From Eledone cirrhosa (Eukaryota), in contig OZ024751.1 of assembly GCA_964016885.1 (NCBI GenBank), forward strand, positions 36,208,001 to 36,272,000: a stretch of DNA of 64,000 bases, written 5' to 3'. The notes under the pieces were generated by a model. It had not been told where the DNA came from, did no database searches, and saw only the letters and a list, made by a program, of their open reading frames with translations. Positions within the stretch are counted from its first letter, which is position 1. Each line of letters begins with the position of its first letter. Both the position numbers and the translations under genes were made by a program. Of this stretch, positions 60,914 through 64,000 are shown piece by piece.

Positions 60914-60983
<70 letters not shown>

Positions 60984-62252
60984 AAGAGATAGAAAGTGTA
61001 TGTATGCATGAATGTATATATGTATGTGTGTATGCATATTATATATATATATATATATATATATAAAGATATAATGTGTGTGAGAGAGGGAGAGAAGGAG
61101 AAGCTGGCCAAGTGATAGTTTAATATTCCTTTGTTCGTATTAACATTTAGGCAGAAATGGACTCTAGACAAAGTGAATATTTTTATATATTTTCCTTACA
61201 AATATTGGTTATACAAATTAACAATTATTTTCCTTTTTTAATGTAATAAGAGCATTAGATGGTAGAGAAGTTAATCATTTCATGGACTAGACTCTGTCCA
61301 AGGTATGGGGAGGTATTGTACTCACAGTTGTCTAATGCCAATGAAGCTGAGATAAACTCCGCCCTGGTGTACCTCTGTGAATAGCACACAGGTTAGACTT
61401 TAACTTAACATGTAACAAGAGGGCTTCATATAACATGCATTGTCTTGAATTGTTAAAAAGACTTGATCCAGTTCAATACATTTCCCGCCCTTGCTTATTT
61501 CTCATTATCTGAATACCCAAAAAGATTGTTTCAGGCTGGAAAATGCATGGCTGGCCTCTATTAATTGGTTTCATCACTTTGGCTTCTCCCATTCATCCGT
61601 CTTAAAATGTAAAAAAAGAAAACATGGACCAATTCAGACTCTAATACTTCTCTCCACTGCTTACCTCTCGTCATCAGAACATCATTAAAGGTTATTTAGG
61701 TCTTGAAATTTCTAGGATAATTTCGGGTGGCTGAAATGTGCTTTTTTTTCGTTAACCAAATTTAGAAAGTGGGACACAATTTGTAAGAATGTATTTGCTA
61801 AACCGGGTTCCATCCAGTTATTTTCACCATTAACCTATATAGATCTAAATAACTGTTCCATATATACTATTTCCCAAATTTTCAAAATTTGTTTTGAAAA
61901 TAGAATTATATGTATTTTCGTTACACAGATTGGAAATACAAATTATCAATTATATATTTACTTATTTATATTTGTTTTTATTTATTTTCCAACTAGGATA
62001 ACAAGAAGCTACTTCTGAAGAAATTCGCTACACGTTTCAATTAGATCTAATTATGATAATCTTAACTACAAATAGATATTCAATGATGACTTAATTATAC
62101 TATTTACACATCAACTTGTTTTGTTTCCTCTTTTCAAGAAAATCAGAATTCTAGAGTTGTATTTTCATAGCAGAACAAAAACACCTCGTATACGTGTTAC
62201 AGTAGATCTACCTACGGAGAGGAGTAGAGAGGATTATGTGGTTATGTTTACT

Positions 62253-62590
62253 TCTGTGTGGCTGTGTGTACTAAATATATGGTTTTGTGGTTGTGTGGAT
62301 GTGTGTGGTTGTGTGGTTGTGTGGCTGCGTGTACTAAATATATGGCTCTGTGGTTGTGTGGATGTGTGTGGTTGTGTGTAATAGTATATGGTTGTGTGGT
62401 TGTGTGGCTGTGTGTACTAAATATATGGTTGTGTGGTTGTGTGGTTGTGTGGCTGTGTGTACTAAATATATGGTTGTGTGGTTGTGTGGTTGTGTGTGGT
62501 TGTGTGGTTGTGTGGTTGCGTGGTTGTGTGGCTGTGTGTACTAAATATATGGTTATGTGGATGTGTGGATGTGTGTGGTTATATGTGGCG
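62253..62590. repeat. (GTGTGGTT)n-based minisatellite with GTACTAAATATATGG spacers
   Basis: Spacer recurs five times. Confidence 0.85.
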
Positions 62591-62741
62591 TTTTGATTAG
62601 TTCTGTTGCTATATGTGTTTGTATGGTTGTGTGTGATATTATGTGTCTGTAGATTTATGTAACTATGTATTCCTATTTCTTTCTCTCTACCTTTACCTAT
62701 CTCATATATATTCTATCCAGCCCACGCAAGCTCCCCCCCCC

Positions 62742-62804
<63 letters not shown>

Positions 62805-62849
62805 TATAGATATTTACATATAAATATGCACGTACATAATTATATATAT

Positions 62850-62915
<66 letters not shown>

Positions 62916-63340
62916 CATATACATATACATATATACATATATATGTGCGTGTGTGTGTGAGGGGGGAATGTGTGGAGGATTCTGCAATGTAGTTTACTGG
63001 GATTAGAAGTGGAAGTGTGGGATTGTGATCGTGTTGCAGTGTGGTAGTGTTGTAGTGTGGTAGTGCTGTAGTGTCGTAGTGTAATAGTATGGTAGCTTCA
63101 TAGTGTGATAGTGTTGTAGTGTAATCATCTGTATACAACACAATTTACTCTATCAATGGCTATTTCTGTCCAGTGAATAATTATTCAATACCATACTTTC
63201 AGATAACAATACTGTTTTCAAAGCTGTATCCTTTATCGTAATATTTTTTTTTATAAACAGTCAACTACAAGCAATAAATACAGGAATATTTCTGTATACA
63301 AAGAACCAGGATTGTAACATTCTGCGTAATTATACATACA

Positions 63341-63392
<52 letters not shown>

Positions 63393-63497
63393 AATATAGG
63401 CGTGTTTGTGTGAGTGCTTATGTGTGTGACTCTCTCTTTGTTCTTTGTTCTCATATATATATACTGTATATATATATATATACATACATATATATAC

Positions 63498-63673
<176 letters not shown>

Positions 63674-64000
63674 ATGTATGTATTAAATTCACATACATAT
63701 GATTGTGTGCTGACACTTTAGACGTAGACTATGAGATCAGGATCTATATTTGAACTTTGTTACATTATTAAACTCTCACAAATATAATAGAGACATTGTA
63801 GTGTTTATAGGTAGTTTATTTCATGTTTCTTTTAGATTATGTTTCAGGTTTTGAAGTCAATTGTTTCCTACTCATTATTTTCATTCACCTGTGAATATTT
63901 AAACATACGCACACAAGGAGGTGCATACGTATGTATATATTGGTATATTTTTCTACTCTCTTTTTCTCTCTTTTAATAGTATCTCTCTCTTTCTCTTCTA

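Noticed and set aside
61490-61690. Tigger/pogo-like ASINWFHHF motif
   Set aside because: A single short motif only.

Overview
A very AT-rich, microsatellite-saturated eukaryotic non-coding region, most likely cephalopod (Octopus-like) intron or intergenic DNA, judging from the SINE families and (TA)n/(TAYA)n density. I can support no host protein-coding gene. Nearly all track ORFs are translations of dinucleotide repeats; the few with real protein signal are retroelement relics (RTE, Tx1/L1-like, CRE/RLE-like, possibly piggyBac). The window also holds about 15 tRNA-derived SINE copies (several with clear TSDs), a non-autonomous Helitron, minisatellites, a 7-kb TAYA array with a hidden ~1.73-kb higher-order duplication, and a 200-N gap. 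The main signal is about 20 short (50-430 bp) inserts, mostly inside (TA)n tracts, from at least 8 unrelated sequence families. On one strand they share an architecture: a complete or 5'-truncated type I hammerhead ribozyme (CUGANGA..GAAA..NUH), often an AATAAA-like signal, a TYGAGYRC motif, then (TA)n. Many end in a long fold-back palindrome whose apex sits at or near ribozyme stem II. They look like microsatellite-targeted Penelope-like (PLE) terminal remnants or short hairpin retro-elements. All structures were read by eye; no alignment, folding or database search was run.
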